NCBI RefSeq assembly: GCF_020745735.1
Contig: NC_083436.1
Coordinates: 18,251,299-18,315,298, forward strand
Length of the DNA: 64,000 nt
From: Hemiscyllium ocellatum
Lineage: Eukaryota
Reading direction: 5' to 3'
Shown here piece by piece: positions 1 to 13,530 of this stretch. The translations under genes and the position numbers were made by a program. Numbering within the stretch: the first letter of the stretch is position 1; each line of letters opens with the position of its first letter. Below the pieces are notes generated by a model. It worked only from the letters and a program-made list of their open reading frames with translations. It was not told the origin of the DNA and ran no database searches.

Positions 1-111
1 AAAGTAAATTTCTTTCTTTAAAAGTTTGGTCCAAATCTTCTGATTTCTTCCAATCGCAATTGGGCACAATGTTATCCAGTTAGCTTTTCAGGATCCATTC
101 CAATAGTAGTA

Positions 112-2727
112 CAGTAAGGACAGTATAACGGTAGCTGAAAGAACTTTTGTCGAGGACTCTTCCATTGAGGTAGTATCGGCTGCAGTTAGAAACAGGAGAG
201 GAGAGGTCAAACTGCTGGGAGTTTTTTTTTTAAAAACAGGCCTCCGCAGCGTTCCAGGGATGTGGAGGAGAGGATCGGCAAAACAATTCTGGGTAGGAGT
301 GAAAGGAACAGGGTGATCATTATGGGGGACTTTAACTTCCCCAACATTTATAGCATTTCCATTCACTCTACTACGTCGGACGGATCAGTTTTTGTCCAAC
401 GTTTGGAGGGTTTCCTGACACAGTATGTCAAAGGGCTGACAAGAGGGGAGGCCACACAGGATCTGGTGCTTGGTAATGAACCAGGACAAAGTGTTTGATT
501 TAGTGGTAGGTAAGCACTTTGGAGAAAGCGACCATAATTCGGTTACGTTTAGTTTAGCGATGGAAAGGGATCGGCACATGCGACACAGCGAGAGTTATCG
601 ATGGGGGAAGGGCAATTATAATACAATTAGGCAAGACTTAGGATGCATAAAATGGGGTAGCAAATGCAGGGGATGGGGACAATTGAAATGCAGAGTTGAT
701 TAAAGGAACAGATATTGCATAGCCTTGATAGGTATTTCCCTGTCAGGCAGGTAGTGATAAGGTAAGGGAACCGTGGCTTACTACAGAAATTGCATCTCTT
801 GTTAAGTGGAAGGAGGAGACTTGTGTGACAATGAAACGAGATGGTTCAGATGAGGCGATGGAGAGTTACAGATCAGCTAAGAAGGATTTAAAAGGAGAGT
901 TAAGAGGAGCAAAGAGAGGACATGAGCAGTCTTTTGCAGGTAGAATAAAGGAGAACCCTAAGACTTTCTACAGGTATGTGAGGAATAAAAGGATGACTAG
1001 AGTAGGCATACGGCCAGTCAAGACAGAAGTTGAAAGTTGAGTGTGGACCCTGTGGAGATCAGACAAGTGCTAAACAAATATTTCTCATTGGTTTTCACTC
1101 AGGGAAAGGAGAATATGGTAGAGGAGAAGAAGGAGTTACGAGATATTAGACTAGAAAGGATTCAGGTTAATAAGGAGGTGTCATCAATCCTAGGAGGAGT
1201 GAAAGTAGACAAATCCTCTGGGCCGGATGGGATTTATCAGAGGATCCTCTAGGAAGTTAGGGAGGAGATGTTGGAGCCTTTGGCTTTGATCTTTGAGCCA
1301 TCATTGTCTACAGGTTTAATACCAGAGGACTGGAGGATTGCAAATGTTGTGCCCTTGTTCAAGAAGGACTGTAGAGATGACCCAGGTAATTATAGACCAG
1401 TGAGCCTTGCATCTGTTGTAGGAAAAGTTCTGGAAAGGACTATGAGAGATAAGATTTATAATCATCTCGCAAGCAATAATTTGATTGCAGACAGTCAACA
1501 TGGTTTCATCAAGGACAGGTCATGTCTCTCAAACCTCCGAGTTTTTTTGAGAAGGTGACCAAGCATGTGGATGAGATTAGGACAGTTGACGTGGTGTACA
1601 TGGACTTCAGTAAGGCCTTTGGTAAGGTTCCACATGGTAGGCTGTTGGAGAACATGCAGAGGCATGGGATTAAGGGTGATTTCGCAGTTTAGATTAGAAA
1701 CCGGCTTTCTGTAAGGAGGCAGCAAGTGGTGGTTGATGGAAAATATTCAGCCTGGAGTCCGGTTACTCGTGGCGTGCCACAAGGATCTGTTTTGGGACCA
1801 CTTCTGTTGTCATTTTTATAAATGACTTAGACACAGACATCGGTGAATGGGTTAGTAAGTTTGCAGATGACACTAAAGTTGGTGGAGTGGTGGACAGTGT
1901 GGAAGAATGTTGCAGGTTGCAGGGGGACTTGGATAAACTGCAGAATTGGGCTGAGAGGTGGCAAATAGAGTTCAATGCAGATAAATGAGAGGTGATTCAC
2001 TTTGGGAAGAATAAAGGCAGAATACTGGGTCAATGGAAAGATTCTTGGTAGTGAGGATGTGCAGAGGGATCTTGGAGTCCATGTACATAAATCCCTGAAA
2101 GTTGCCACCCAGGTTGATTGTGCTGTTAAGAAAGCATATGATTGTTATGTTTTATTGGTACAAGGACTAAGTTCCAGAGCCATAATGTCATGCTGCAACT
2201 ATACAAAATGGCAGTGCGGCCACATTTGGAGTATTGAGTACAGTTCTGGCCGCCCCATTACAGGAAGGATGTGGAAGCATTGGAAAAGGAGCAGAGGAGA
2301 TTTACCAGGATGTTGCTTGGTCTGGAGGGAAGGTCTTTGAGGAAAGGTTGAGAGACTTGATCAGTTCTCATTGGAATGAAGGAGGCTAAGAAGGGATTTG
2401 ATAGAGACATACAAGATGATCAGAGGATTAGATAGGGTAGAAGTGAAAGTGTTTTTCCTAGGATGATGACATCAGCTTGTCTGAGGGGGCATAGCTCCAA
2501 ATTAAGGGGGAATAGATTTAAGACAGATGTCAGAGACAGGTTCTTTACTCAGAGTGATAAGGGTATGGAATGCCCTGCCTGCCAGCAACATTAATGAGAT
2601 TTAACAATCCTTGGATTAGCACATGGATGACGATGGGATAGTGTAGGGGGATGGGCTTGGATTAGTTCAAAGGTTGGTGCAACATTGAGGGCCGACAGAC
2701 CTGGTTCTGCGCTGTATTGTTCTATGT
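112..2727 (+). mobile_element. CR1 (HER1-like) LINE, 5'-truncated, degenerate ORF2
   Basis: APE motifs IMGDFNFP and SDHN, RT-region motifs DWRIANVVPLFKK, NYRPVSL and FADD, 3' tail ttgttctatgt. Many frameshifts. Confidence 0.95.
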
Positions 2728-3472
2728 AAACCATAGAAGTGGCCTTGGCATAAATTGACACAGAAATCATGTCCCTTTTAATGGCAATAACGGGCGTATT
2801 GCACAGTGGCTTTAAAACTGTGGAATTACAAGAGAAAGGTAACGGTGAGTGGGGGGGCTAGTGGGCCCAGTGGTACCAGTGGGGTTAGATGCAGGATGTT
2901 TAGTAAGTAGCCAACAGAGTAGATGAGTCACATATAGCAACTTATCTGGCATTCGATGCGGAGGGTCGGCTTTCAGTAAGTCAGGTGTTTATTGGGGGGG
3001 GGGGGGGAGCTGATCTGGTTTGAGAAGGATTAAGGAAAGTGATCAAGGGGAAAACTGGATGGCAAGTCAGGGGTTCATTTTCATAGCTAATCAAGAGGAG
3101 GAACAGGTTTTAATTCCTTTATTTTTTCCTGGCTAACCATCAAGTTGGAACCCTCCAAAGTTTCTGAGGAGCCCAGATGCTCAGAGATTACACTGACAAT
3201 TACATAGATCTTTAGATCTGGGTCATTATGTCCATCCTGGCTTTCACTTGAGAACATACCAAAAACATTTCAAAATCATACTCATTTTAAAAATTAGAGT
3301 ATTTAGTGCACTTTATTTTAAAAAGTGCCGTTCACTTAAAATGTTTACAAGTAATCAGTGCTGTGAGCTTCCATTTTAGATTCTTAGATTGATTTTCCTT
3401 ATTAATATGAAAATGAGAATTTAAACAGCTCTCAAAAAGATGCTATTGTGCAAACAACATACTTTCACTTAC

Positions 3473-3541
3473 CCTATTTTGGGATGATTTGAACGTGAAA
3501 GAGTCTGGCGAGCTACTTTGGTGTAATGTTCCCCAAAGAAC
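3473..3541 (-). CDS. ELMOD2: ELMOD2 69-nt coding exon (gene continues left of the window)
   Basis: gtttag|(V)FFGEHYTKVARQTLSRSNHPKI(G)|gtaagt. LSRSNHPK is the ELMOD2 form rather than ELMOD1 (LSDSLHPK). Confidence 0.93.
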
Positions 3542-4437
3542 CTAAACATTTAATGACAAGTTAAAAATCAGACCTGCCATTAAGAATCAAAATTTGAGTT
3601 TCATTTTTCTTCCTATTAAACAACACCTTGCACATCAGAAGAGGTAGCACAAGGGTAAATCCCACTTTAAACAGTTTTGACATCAGAACAAATCACATAA
3701 AATTTGCCTTTCCCACATTTATCAAAGGCAATGAATGTACCAGATACTTTAAAAATAGACATGGAGGAGAATAAATAACTCTTCAAATTAAAAATTCTAC
3801 TACTCCTTGCATCTCAGAAAGAAAGCATCCACCTTTCCAACAACAGATAGTTCCATAAACTGAGTTTCAGTTGAAGTACTTTTACAACAACAAAAAAATG
3901 TATTTAATGGCAAAAGATGAATAAGTGTACCCTAAATGTATTTATGAATTCACCCCAAGAACTATACACAATAATGATTTAGAATCACTAATTTAACAAT
4001 GTCTGTGTCTTCTTGCGGTGCGGGTCTTACACCTTCTAAAATTCCAGGATTAAAACAGGTGGTCAGTGGGATTGTAGGACCAACGGGAAAGGCAGTAACA
4101 TGCCCACATTTTAGCCACACCCACAGTCTCAGTTCATGTTGCATACAAAAGGTTAGCACTGGGACAATGACTGTTTAATTACTAAAGGAAAAACTGAATA
4201 GTTTTAAATAGAATCTATTCCAAGACATAACTTAAAAAATATTAAATGATCAGGTGCCTGCCGAAGTGGACAAACTGACATCATTCTTCTTGTACATAAA
4301 GTTGCAAGGCCTACTTTGCAAGCCAATCATTTCAACACATAGAACACAGATCACAGCATAGCATGTTAAGATGGAAGGGGCTATTTGATAAGTGTTTTTT
4401 TTTTAAAATGCTGATCAGATCCTATACAAAGACTTAC

Positions 4438-4571
4438 ACAAGGTTGTGTAACCCCAGCATTCCCATGCCTCTGAAGTCAGTTTTAGGATCTTCACCTTGG
4501 AACCCAATGTCACCCCATTGCTTGGTAATTCTCGACTTCAAGTGTACATGGGGCATCATCAACTGCCACAG
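4438..4571 (-). CDS. ELMOD2: ELMOD2 134-nt coding exon carrying the ELMO/ELMOD GAP signature
   Basis: gtttag|LWQLMMPHVHLKSRITKQWGDIGFQGEDPKTDFRGMGMLGLHNL(V)|gtaagt. Contains the WxxxGFQxxxPxTDFRGxG motif with the catalytic Arg of ELMOD Arf/Arl GAPs. Confidence 0.97.
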
Positions 4572-5383
4572 CTAAACATTTCGAAAGAAATAAGAAAATA
4601 GCAAATGAGACAATACACTAAACAATGAAACTACAACTGGCACACTCCTTTGTACAAACTGTAATTTTTTTTTAAATGGAGGGATCTAAATAGATTAGCT
4701 TCTGTTTTACAGTTGACTAGTTATGGATGACAACAGAACAGTTCCAGGGTAACATTTATTCAACCATACCAGGCACAGCAAAAGTTTTGTTCAACTTGTT
4801 AACATTTTTAAAAAACAAATTGTTGCTTTTCATCCAAAAGGAAGTCAAGTTACTTCATGCTCACTGGTGCAAGGGAAAGAAAATTTGTGAAAATACAAAT
4901 GACAGTAACTATTAAGAACATAATCCCGAAGTAAACGAGCCATGCTTCAGTTAAATTTGCTTCAAATAATGTGCTTCATATTAGTAACTATTAACTTAAA
5001 AAACGTTTTGAAAAATGTTTCCACTCTTCACTTTGCACCCATTGCAATAATTTCAATATACATAATATAGTCTTTATGCACAAATAAGCAAAATGTAACA
5101 ACGTTTGTATCAGCAACACAGGACAGAAGGAGGCAATTCACAATGACAGACCACCACTTCAAAGATTCCTGGGTTAGCCTCAGCTGTGCTTAACCTTGAA
5201 TTTGTGGTGAGACTAGAGGGGTAATGACGACAAACTGTGGAAGTTCGCCATTGAGGATCCTCTAAAAAGAACAATATCACTTATATTATCCTTTACCTTC
5301 CCAAAAGGAATCTTTAAGTATTGCAGTCAAACAAGGCAAAGTTGCCTGAGTAAATAGTGAGATTGAAAATTCAATAAACATAC

Positions 5384-5513
5384 CTTCAATAGCATATCTT
5401 CATGTTGCTTGTTTGAAGATTCAAACGGTTGCTTCCGTAGGTACTCGACATCAGCAAAGAGTTTTTTAAAGCCAGAGATTTGAAGCAAGCAAATCTGTAA
5501 ATTTATCTTGAAG
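5384..5513 (-). CDS. ELMOD2: ELMOD2 130-nt coding exon
   Basis: ttctttag|(D)FKINLQICLLQISGFKKLFADVEYLRKQPFESSNKQHEDMLLK|gtatgt. Lies within track ORF 5327-5530. Confidence 0.95.
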
Positions 5514-7264
5514 CTAAAGAAAACATCCAAAAAGGAATATTAGCCTGTCATGAAAATTAAATTGACTCGACTCAACTATTAGCAAGAGCAATCAAAAAGC
5601 TTTATTAATTTTTTTTAACCTCTGCATTGCAGAGGGACCACATGCACTTGACAAAAATGCCTTGTGCAAGGGCCCTGAGCATAATTCAGATATTTGTCTT
5701 ATACTGTTTCTTATCATGCTCTCAAGGACAAGGACTGTGAAGATTTGAGTTGATATTCTTTTCGTTCCCTTATCGTGGTCATACTGTTCTTATATTCTTC
5801 TCTTCTTGAATGTTTACAAAGTTCCGCAGAGACAAGCTGTCCCTCGCCTGCAGGCTTCAGCAAAGTTGCAAAGTGTCAGAAAGTTTTAAATTTAGTCAAG
5901 CATTGTCTTACAGATTTCAGAGTAAATGGATTTCAGAATACATGTTAATTTTGTTAATTTTCCATTACATAGCCTTTAAATGGTTTTTAAACACAAGAGC
6001 TTGTGTTTCAACGCCCCAACTAATTTCACAAAGGAATTGAAAGAGTAACAAATCATTTAAATCAGTTGCACTAGTATTTTTGACAGCAAGCTTGAATTTG
6101 AGGAGTTTTTGAAGTCAAATTCACTTTTCATCTGACCCAAATTGCAATGTCAGGAAATGTCACAAGTGGAAGTTAACAATGAAAAGACTAAAGATGCACT
6201 GTGTCATTACTACCGTTACGCAATAAGCCAAAATAGCTGGCAATAGCAAAATCAATTCATCTAACAAATCTGACTGTTCACTTTTTCGGAATTCTAAGAA
6301 GTTAAGCTTGGTTCAGTAAGTTGTAACTTGGCTTTTAAACAGCGATCTGAGTAGTAACTATGGGTGAACAGCCTGGCAATGAAAAATATGTGGAATGTTG
6401 CTATAAATTGAGATTGTTTCTAACTCCTCAACTCAGAATACTTTCCTGATTTATCATCAGATCTTCCTAAAGTGAATGTTTTAAAACCAACTTTTTAAAT
6501 TAAGGTTATTTTATATCTCAGCTTCTATTTTCATATTTCATGAATTCACCAAATTTTACTTCTCAGAGTAAATCTTTAAAAAGTGATTTGAATTTAGCTC
6601 TAATTTCCAGCTTGGTTGTCTCCAAGAATCCTTCAGATTGACTGGTTGCTTGCAGTTTGATGACATCACTGTAGCTTCAATGCTGGCAATTATTAATAAA
6701 TGTGACAAACAATTGTATGTTAAGAGGGATAACATTCTCACTACAGAAATTGTTGGATCTCAAAAGAGATTCCGCAAAGGAAATGGCAAATATCCATATA
6801 TAGTCCTCTACTATTCAAGTAAATCTGGGCTCTACAGTGCCAAGGAGAATACATTGTTCCTGAGATGTAATACCAGATCTGAACTCAATACTACCGATGG
6901 AATCGAACCAAAACTTGGCATAATTATAATAGCTTCTATCCAATTGGATTCAACTTTCTCAAGATAAAAAATTAACACTATTTTCTTTTCCATCATATTT
7001 TGGGCTTGCCCAGCAGTTTATTGATTTACGCACAGGGACTTCAAGAAATATTTATTCTTTCAATTTATAGCTTCTTACCATTTAGAATACTCTGCTCCAA
7101 ATTTCTTAGGTTCAAACTGGATGACTTCATGTTTCCATATACTAACTTCCACATCTAATGTTTTGTCCAATCACAAGCTATCAATGTCACATTGCAACTT
7201 TCTGCTCTCATCTATACTACTTGCCATGACAATCAACTCAGTGCCAGAACACTTGCATAACTTC

Positions 7265-7866
7265 AGGATAGTGAGGGCAGCATTTGGAATGCTTGCATTT
7301 ATCTGTCAGTGTATTGAGTGTAGGGCTTGGGAGGTCATGCTGCAGTTGTACAGTTCATTGGTTAGGCTACTTTTTGAATACATTGTGCAATTCTGGTCTC
7401 CCTTCTATTGGAAGGATGTTATTGAAAGGGCTCAGAAAAGATTTACAAGGACATTGCCAGGAGGGTTTGAACTACAGGAAGAGGCTCAATAGGCGAGGGC
7501 TATTTTTCCAGGAGCATCAGAGGTTGAGGGGTGTTTATAAAATCATGAGGGGTATGGATGAGGAGAGGCCCAGGGTAAAGGACTCCAAATCTAGAGAGCA
7601 TAAGTTTAAGGTGGTGGGAGAAAGCTTTAAAAGGGGCCTAAGGGGCAACCTTTTCACACAGAGGGTGGTACCTGTATGGAATGAGCTGTCAGATGAAGTG
7701 GAGAAGCTGGTATAATGTCAACATTTAAAATAAATCTGGATGGATATATGAATTGAAATGGTTTAGAGGGATATGGACCAAATGCTGGTAAATGGGACTA
7801 GATTAATTTAGGGTATCTGCTCAACATGGACGAGTTGGTCAGAAGGGTCTGCTGCACAACTATGAC
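7265..7866 (+). mobile_element. CR1 LINE 3' fragment
   Basis: EYIVQFWSP and FTQRVVPVWNEL remnants, tail ctatgacttt. Confidence 0.85.
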
Positions 7867-9222
7867 TTTACTTGGACTACTGCGGCAGATTGTGGAATTT
7901 AAATTTAAAAATCTGGAAGTAAAAGTCTAATGATTTTTTTTTAATAACAATCATCTAGTTCACTTATGGCTTTAGGGAAGAAAATCTACTTATCTAGAGT
8001 CATATAGCATGGAAACAAAGTCAAACAGATTTCCTCAACTGAACGAGTCCCATTTGCCTTTATTTGGCCCAGATCTCTCCGAACCTTTTCTATACTGAGT
8101 GGATGGTCCATTTTGGCCTCAGAGATCCCCACTGTCAAGGGTGTCAGTCTTCAACTAATTTGATTCACTCTGATATCAGGAAATGGTTGAAGACGGTGAA
8201 TGCTGCAAGGGTTTTGGGCCCTGACAACATTCGAAAATAGTATTGAAAACTCGTGCTCCAGAACTTGCTCCAACCCTAGACAAACCATTCTAGTACAGTT
8301 TCAGTACCGCCATCTCGCTGTCAATATGAAAAATAGTCTAGATATGTTCTACACAAAAGGAAAGGCAAATTAAACCCTACAGCACCTGTATATTTTCAAT
8401 CATCAGTCAGCTGATGGAAGGGATCATAACAGCGCTATGAAACAGCAGTTACACACCCATACCTGTTCATTAATGCTCCGTTTGCATTTTGCAAGGGCTA
8501 CTTAATTCTTACCACATAATATCCTTGGTTCAAGCATGCACAATAGAGCTAAACTCCACAGGGAATGTGAGAATGACTGCCCTTAACACCAGGGCCACAT
8601 ATGATCAAGCATGGCATCAAGAAGTCCCAGATACTTGAGTCAATGAGAATTGGGGAAAACTCTGCTGGTTGGAATCATACCTAGCACAAAAGATGACTGT
8701 GGCCATTGTAAGTCAGTCATTTCCAGGGTGACTCTGCAGGTAACAGGGTAATGCCCTCAATCAGGACACCTTCACCTATTTCATCAATTGCCTTTCCTTA
8801 AGTTAGAAGTGGGGATGCTCGCTGGTACCTGCACGTTAGTATCATTCAGGACTCCTCATATACTGAAACACTACATGTCCAAAGGCAGCAATACCTGAAC
8901 AATATGCAAGTTTAGGCTGACAAATGGCAAGTACCAAGCAATGACCATCGCCAAGAAAGAATCAAACCATCATCCTTTGACATTCAATGGCATCAACATT
9001 TCTGAATTTCCAAGTACCAATATCCTGAAGGTTACCATTAACTAGAAACTAACTGAACAGTCTTTCAAATACTGTGACCTGAAGAGCAGATCAGAGGCTA
9101 GGAATCCTGCAAATAACTCACCACCTGATTTCCCCAAAGGCTGTCCATGACCAGTTAGGCACAAATCAGGATAAAGAGAAGTTCTATCAACATTAAAGAA
9201 GCTTGACATCATTCAGAACAAA

Positions 9223-9674
9223 ACAAAAATTACTGGTTACGTTCAGCAGGTCTGGCAGCATTAGTGGAGAGAAATCAGTGTTAATATTTTGGGTCCAGTG
9301 ATTCTTCTTCAGAACGGATGGTAGCTAGGAAAGGATGGTTTTAATACAGGGGGGTTGGAGAGCAAACAATAGAAGGGATAGAGACCAAAGAAAGGAAAAC
9401 ATCTGGACAGACAAAGGAATGGTTAAAGGTCAGTCTGGGGAATGAATAGCTACTAATGAGGCTATGAGTGGCTGACAATGCGTAGGGTCTGATAGCATCC
9501 CATGTGATGACAAGACGTGGTGGTATGTGGGGGTGAAGGAAAGCTTGGGGGAAAGTTTAACTTTGAATGTTAACTGATTTCTTTCCATAAATGTTGCTAG
9601 ACCTGCTGAGATTCTCCAGTAATTTCTGTTTTTGTTTCATACTGACATCTGCAGTTCTTCTGTTTTTTTTGTCT
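9223..9674. mobile_element. Penelope-like fragment with inverted terminal segment
   Basis: 15-bp TSD atcattcagaacaaa at 9208-9222 and 9675-9689. Ends are inverted copies (cagcaggtctggcagcat / atgttgctagacctgctg). Confidence 0.75.
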
Positions 9675-9942
9675 ATCATTCAGAACAAAGCACCTTATCC
9701 ACAAACATTCACTCCAACATTGATGCACAGCAGCAGCAGTATGCACCATCTGCAGTATTCATTGCAGAAAGGCTTCTCTGACAAACCCATGGTCATTAAC
9801 ACCCAGCAGGACAAGGGCAACAGATTAACCTTCAAAGTTCCCTCCAAATCAATCACCATACAGACCTGGAAATACATTACCATATATACACTGTCATGGT
9901 GCCAACGTTCTGGAGATCTCTCCCTAACAGGACTATGGGCAT

Positions 9943-10585
9943 TGTCACAAAACTGGCTTCTTTTTTCTAAAAGCTGTAACTTATCTCAAGGATACTACGT
10001 CCTTGGTTTGTTTCGGAGGAGTAATAAACAGTTCTTGGTGCCAATTAGTCTGGTATGGCACAGAGATTAAAGGGTATTGAGAGGCTTTTTTGTTTATATG
10101 TAAGCAGATCAGACTTCAGGCCAAAGTGGTCATGTTTTAGATGTGAGTTGGATAATGAAAGGGGAATGGTCAGCTCTCCAGCTGAGCAGGTCAGTTCAGT
10201 CCAGAACTAGTTGGGAGTTCAACAATGAGCTGTGTGGAAACAAACTCTCTCTCTCTCCCTTCTACCTTCAACTTATAAGCATCTGTTCCATTCGTTTATA
10301 CTGGTTTCTAAGGGGGTTTGCTTATTGGGACTGTTGCGTGCATTCGGAACAGTATAATTAAGTCTAGTTTGGATAGATGAAGTTCTGTAGGCGTTCTTTA
10401 TCCTGTTCTTTGTATTTCATTGTGTAACTTTGTGCATAAAGTTTTGTCTGTTTTTAACCTAGTAGCCAATGTCGCTAACTTACTCTGGGTAATTTTCACT
10501 GTAAATTTACCGAAACAAATTGCAATGTTATGGCCTCGACTGCCTGCTTAAGAATCTTTTGAGTAGTCTAGCCTAGTCCATTACA
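9943..10585 (+). mobile_element. Solo LTR (643 bp)
   Basis: TG...CA termini, 4-bp TSD GCAT at 9939-9942 and 10586-10589. Related to LTRs at 31659 and 63120. Confidence 0.85.
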
Positions 10586-12446
10586 GCATACCTAACCAAA
10601 ATGGATCACAATGGTTCAAGTAGACAGGCTCATCACCACTTTCTCAATTAGAGATGGGCAATAAATCCTGGCCAAGCAAGCAAAGCACACATGCACAATG
10701 CATAAAAATAGCTTGCCAATATGAATACAAACCTACTCGTCTCATCCTCTGCACATTACTTTATCAATGATGCCTTACTCATGTCAAATGGTTGACTATT
10801 ACAACATGCATTCTTAATTCTGTTAACAGTTTGTTATAAAAATTTTCCAAATGAATTCTGAAAATTCACACAAATAATATCCATAGATTTTCCCTCATTT
10901 GCCATGTTTTCTTCTCAAAGAAATAAAGTGCAACTAATTTTGTTGGTCAGGACTCTCCCTTTGAGCCCACATTGTACTAATCAAATAGAGCCACACTTGC
11001 CTAATTGCTAGGTCACTGTCCCTAATTACTGGTTCTCATTACTTTCCCACAACACGTTAAACTAATAGGTTGAGTTTCCTCGTGACTCATCCCACAACTG
11101 TACTGCTATGTAGAGAAATTGTGAATCTCTTGCAAAAACTAGATAGGTCAAAAACTCAGCATAGTTAACATATACTCCAAGGAGCCACATACTTTGACTC
11201 TTTCTCCTCCCCATCAAATACCACAGGCAGGGATGATGCCCAAGAGCTGGCGCTCTTTGGTGTCCAACCGCCTGTTAATGAATACTGTTCCCAGATGGCA
11301 CAGTAACCATCATGTTCAGCGCATTATTTAAAATCAAGAGTAAATTAAAAGTTTGGTTGAATATACTGGAGCTCATTAACTGCAACAAAGTTTGTTATTG
11401 CATTAACCTTAACTTCATACTTAAATAAGGTGGCTTGGACAAGCACTGATATTAAAATATCTGAAGTTGAAATGGGAATGAAACTCTTCAGAAAACAACC
11501 CAATTCAGGTTTCACAAACTTTAAGAGAATCAGGTCCATTGTTATTTCTGACTTACATATGCCAGGGTTCATTCAGAATAAGGTTTACTTCAGAAGTGGA
11601 AACACCTGAAGTATTAATGTTTATTTTATTCTAATTCTGACTGTGTTAAAATAGTAAAATTTTAGGTCTGAGGAAATGGCAGGTGCACTACAATTGGTCT
11701 TGGTGCCTGTATTAGAGAGAGAAGATTGGATAAATTTTCATTGCTATCCAGTAATATGTGCAGCATTAGGATGTCAGATAAGCAGTTTTGTAACGTTCTC
11801 ACGGCCAAATTATTTACTTTCAGTCACCACCTAGGTTCACATAATGAACAGCCACTTGGGTAATGTGTGGACAATAATCAGCATCCAAGCAATCGTACCT
11901 CAAATAATCAACTTTACAAGAGGTATTGGTAAATAGATAAATGAATGCAATAAAGCTGAGTAAATGCACATGCAGCCTATTCCTAAACTATATGCTCCAT
12001 CCTTGCTTTGAGAAGTTACTCATCTTTAGTGAGGGCATTACAATGCAGCAATTAAGAAGAGCTAAAAGAGAAACAAAATCCCCACTCCTCAGTCTTAGCC
12101 GGTGACTACTGCTGAAAAATATGCATGTGGGTATTGTTTGGACTCACATATAAAGAAGTTGTTGGAAATGTCATTAGGTGAGGGAGTGTCTGTGAGGACA
12201 GAAACAGAGTTAATGTTTTGCTCAAAAGGTCACTATCCCGAAACATTAACGTGCTCTCTCCACAAATGCTGCCTGACTTAGAGTATTTCTAACGTATAAA
12301 CTTCTGTTTATATTTCAGATTTCCAGCATCTGCCTAGCAACTTCTGAGCCTTTACATGTACAAAGATCCAACAGAACAGTAAAGAGTTTAAAAGTAGTAA
12401 AACAAAACAACGACCACAATATTTCAAGAATATAACACATACTTAC

Positions 12447-12544
12447 TCTGGATCTTTCTGAATGGAAATCTTTTTTATTTCCATAATGTCCTGAATGCTG
12501 TTCTCCACATTTTCCACACTACCATCCACTGATGTCTTCAAAAC
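12447..12544 (-). CDS. ELMOD2: ELMOD2 98-nt coding exon
   Basis: gtttcttgtttag|VLKTSVDGSVENVENSIQDIMEIKKISIQKDP(D)|gtaagt. It is the only open frame and matches ELMOD DIMxxKxI. Confidence 0.92.
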
Positions 12545-12854
12545 CTAAACAAGAAACAATTAATGGAAACAAAATATTAGTTAGGACTAAATTATTAGAG
12601 TAAACATTGTTAATGTCTTTGGGAAATAAGCATTCAGAATTTAAATGTCAATGTTGGTGCAAATTAAAATGTGCTACTACACCTGTTCCTCTATTCAGTT
12701 ACTCATTTCTGAGAAAACAACAATTATTTAACTCAGTAGAAAGATATTCCCATGGACGGCAAAAGCACCAGTGTAAACTGCAAAGTAAAATTTACTCAAA
12801 TATGTTGCGCCCTGCTTCATCTTACCTTTGATTATAGTGGCCTATTGATAGGAC

Positions 12855-13530
12855 GAGTCATAGAGATGTACAGCATGGAAACAGACCCTTCGGTCCAACC
12901 CGTCCATGCTGATCAGATATCCCAACCCAATCTAGTCCCACTGGCCCATATCCCTCCAATCCCTTCCTATTCATATACCCATCCAAATGCCTCTTAAATG
13001 TTGCAATTGTACCAGCCTTCACCACTTCCTCTGGCAGCTCATTCCAATTGTACCATCCTCTGACTGAAAAAGTTGCCCCTTAGGTCTCTTTTATATCTTT
13101 CCCCTCTCACCCTAAACCTATGTCCTCTAGTTCTGGACTCCCCAACCCCAGGGAAAAGACTTTGTCTATTTATCCTATCCATGCCCCTCAATTTTGTAAA
13201 CCTCTGCAAGGTCACCCCTCAGCCTCTGACGCACCAGGGAAAACCGCCCCAGCCTGTTCAGCCTCTCCCTGTAGCTCAGATCCTCCAACCCTGGCAACAT
13301 CCTTGAAAGGGTTCAGAAAAGATTTACAAGTTTCACAACATCTTTCCGATAGGAAGGAGACCAGAATTGCACGCAATATTCCAACAGTGGCCTAACCAAT
13401 TTCCTGTACAGCAGCGACATGATATCCCAATACCTGTACTCAATACTCTGACCAATAAAGGAAAGCATACCAAATGCCTTCTTCACTATCCTATCTACCT
13501 GCAACTCCACTTTCAAGGAGCTATTAACCT
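12855..13530 (-). mobile_element. CR1 LINE 3' fragment
   Basis: Track ORF 13313-13534 VKKAFGML...LVRPLLEYCVQFWSP; tail gagtcatagag. Confidence 0.9.

Larger units (their letters stand above)
8090..10700 (+). mobile_element. Older L2/CR1-clade LINE remnant, interrupted by a Penelope and a solo LTR
   Basis: Decayed RT-like sequence (gggccctgacaacattc, ttcatcaattgcc). Host sequence resumes after both TSD-flanked insertions. A related piece lies at about 62700-63119. Confidence 0.6.

Noticed and set aside
3962-4159. 65-aa minus-strand ORF inside an ELMOD2 intron
   Set aside because: No ELMOD similarity; the flanking exons already join in frame.
5600-5870. Possible alternative terminal ELMOD2 exon (open frame, then AATAAA on the minus strand)
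   Set aside because: Candidate acceptors do not put the longer open frame in phase with the preceding exon, and there is no recognisable homology.
6638-6967. 109-aa plus-strand ORF
   Set aside because: Non-ATG start, no recognisable domain, antisense within an intron.
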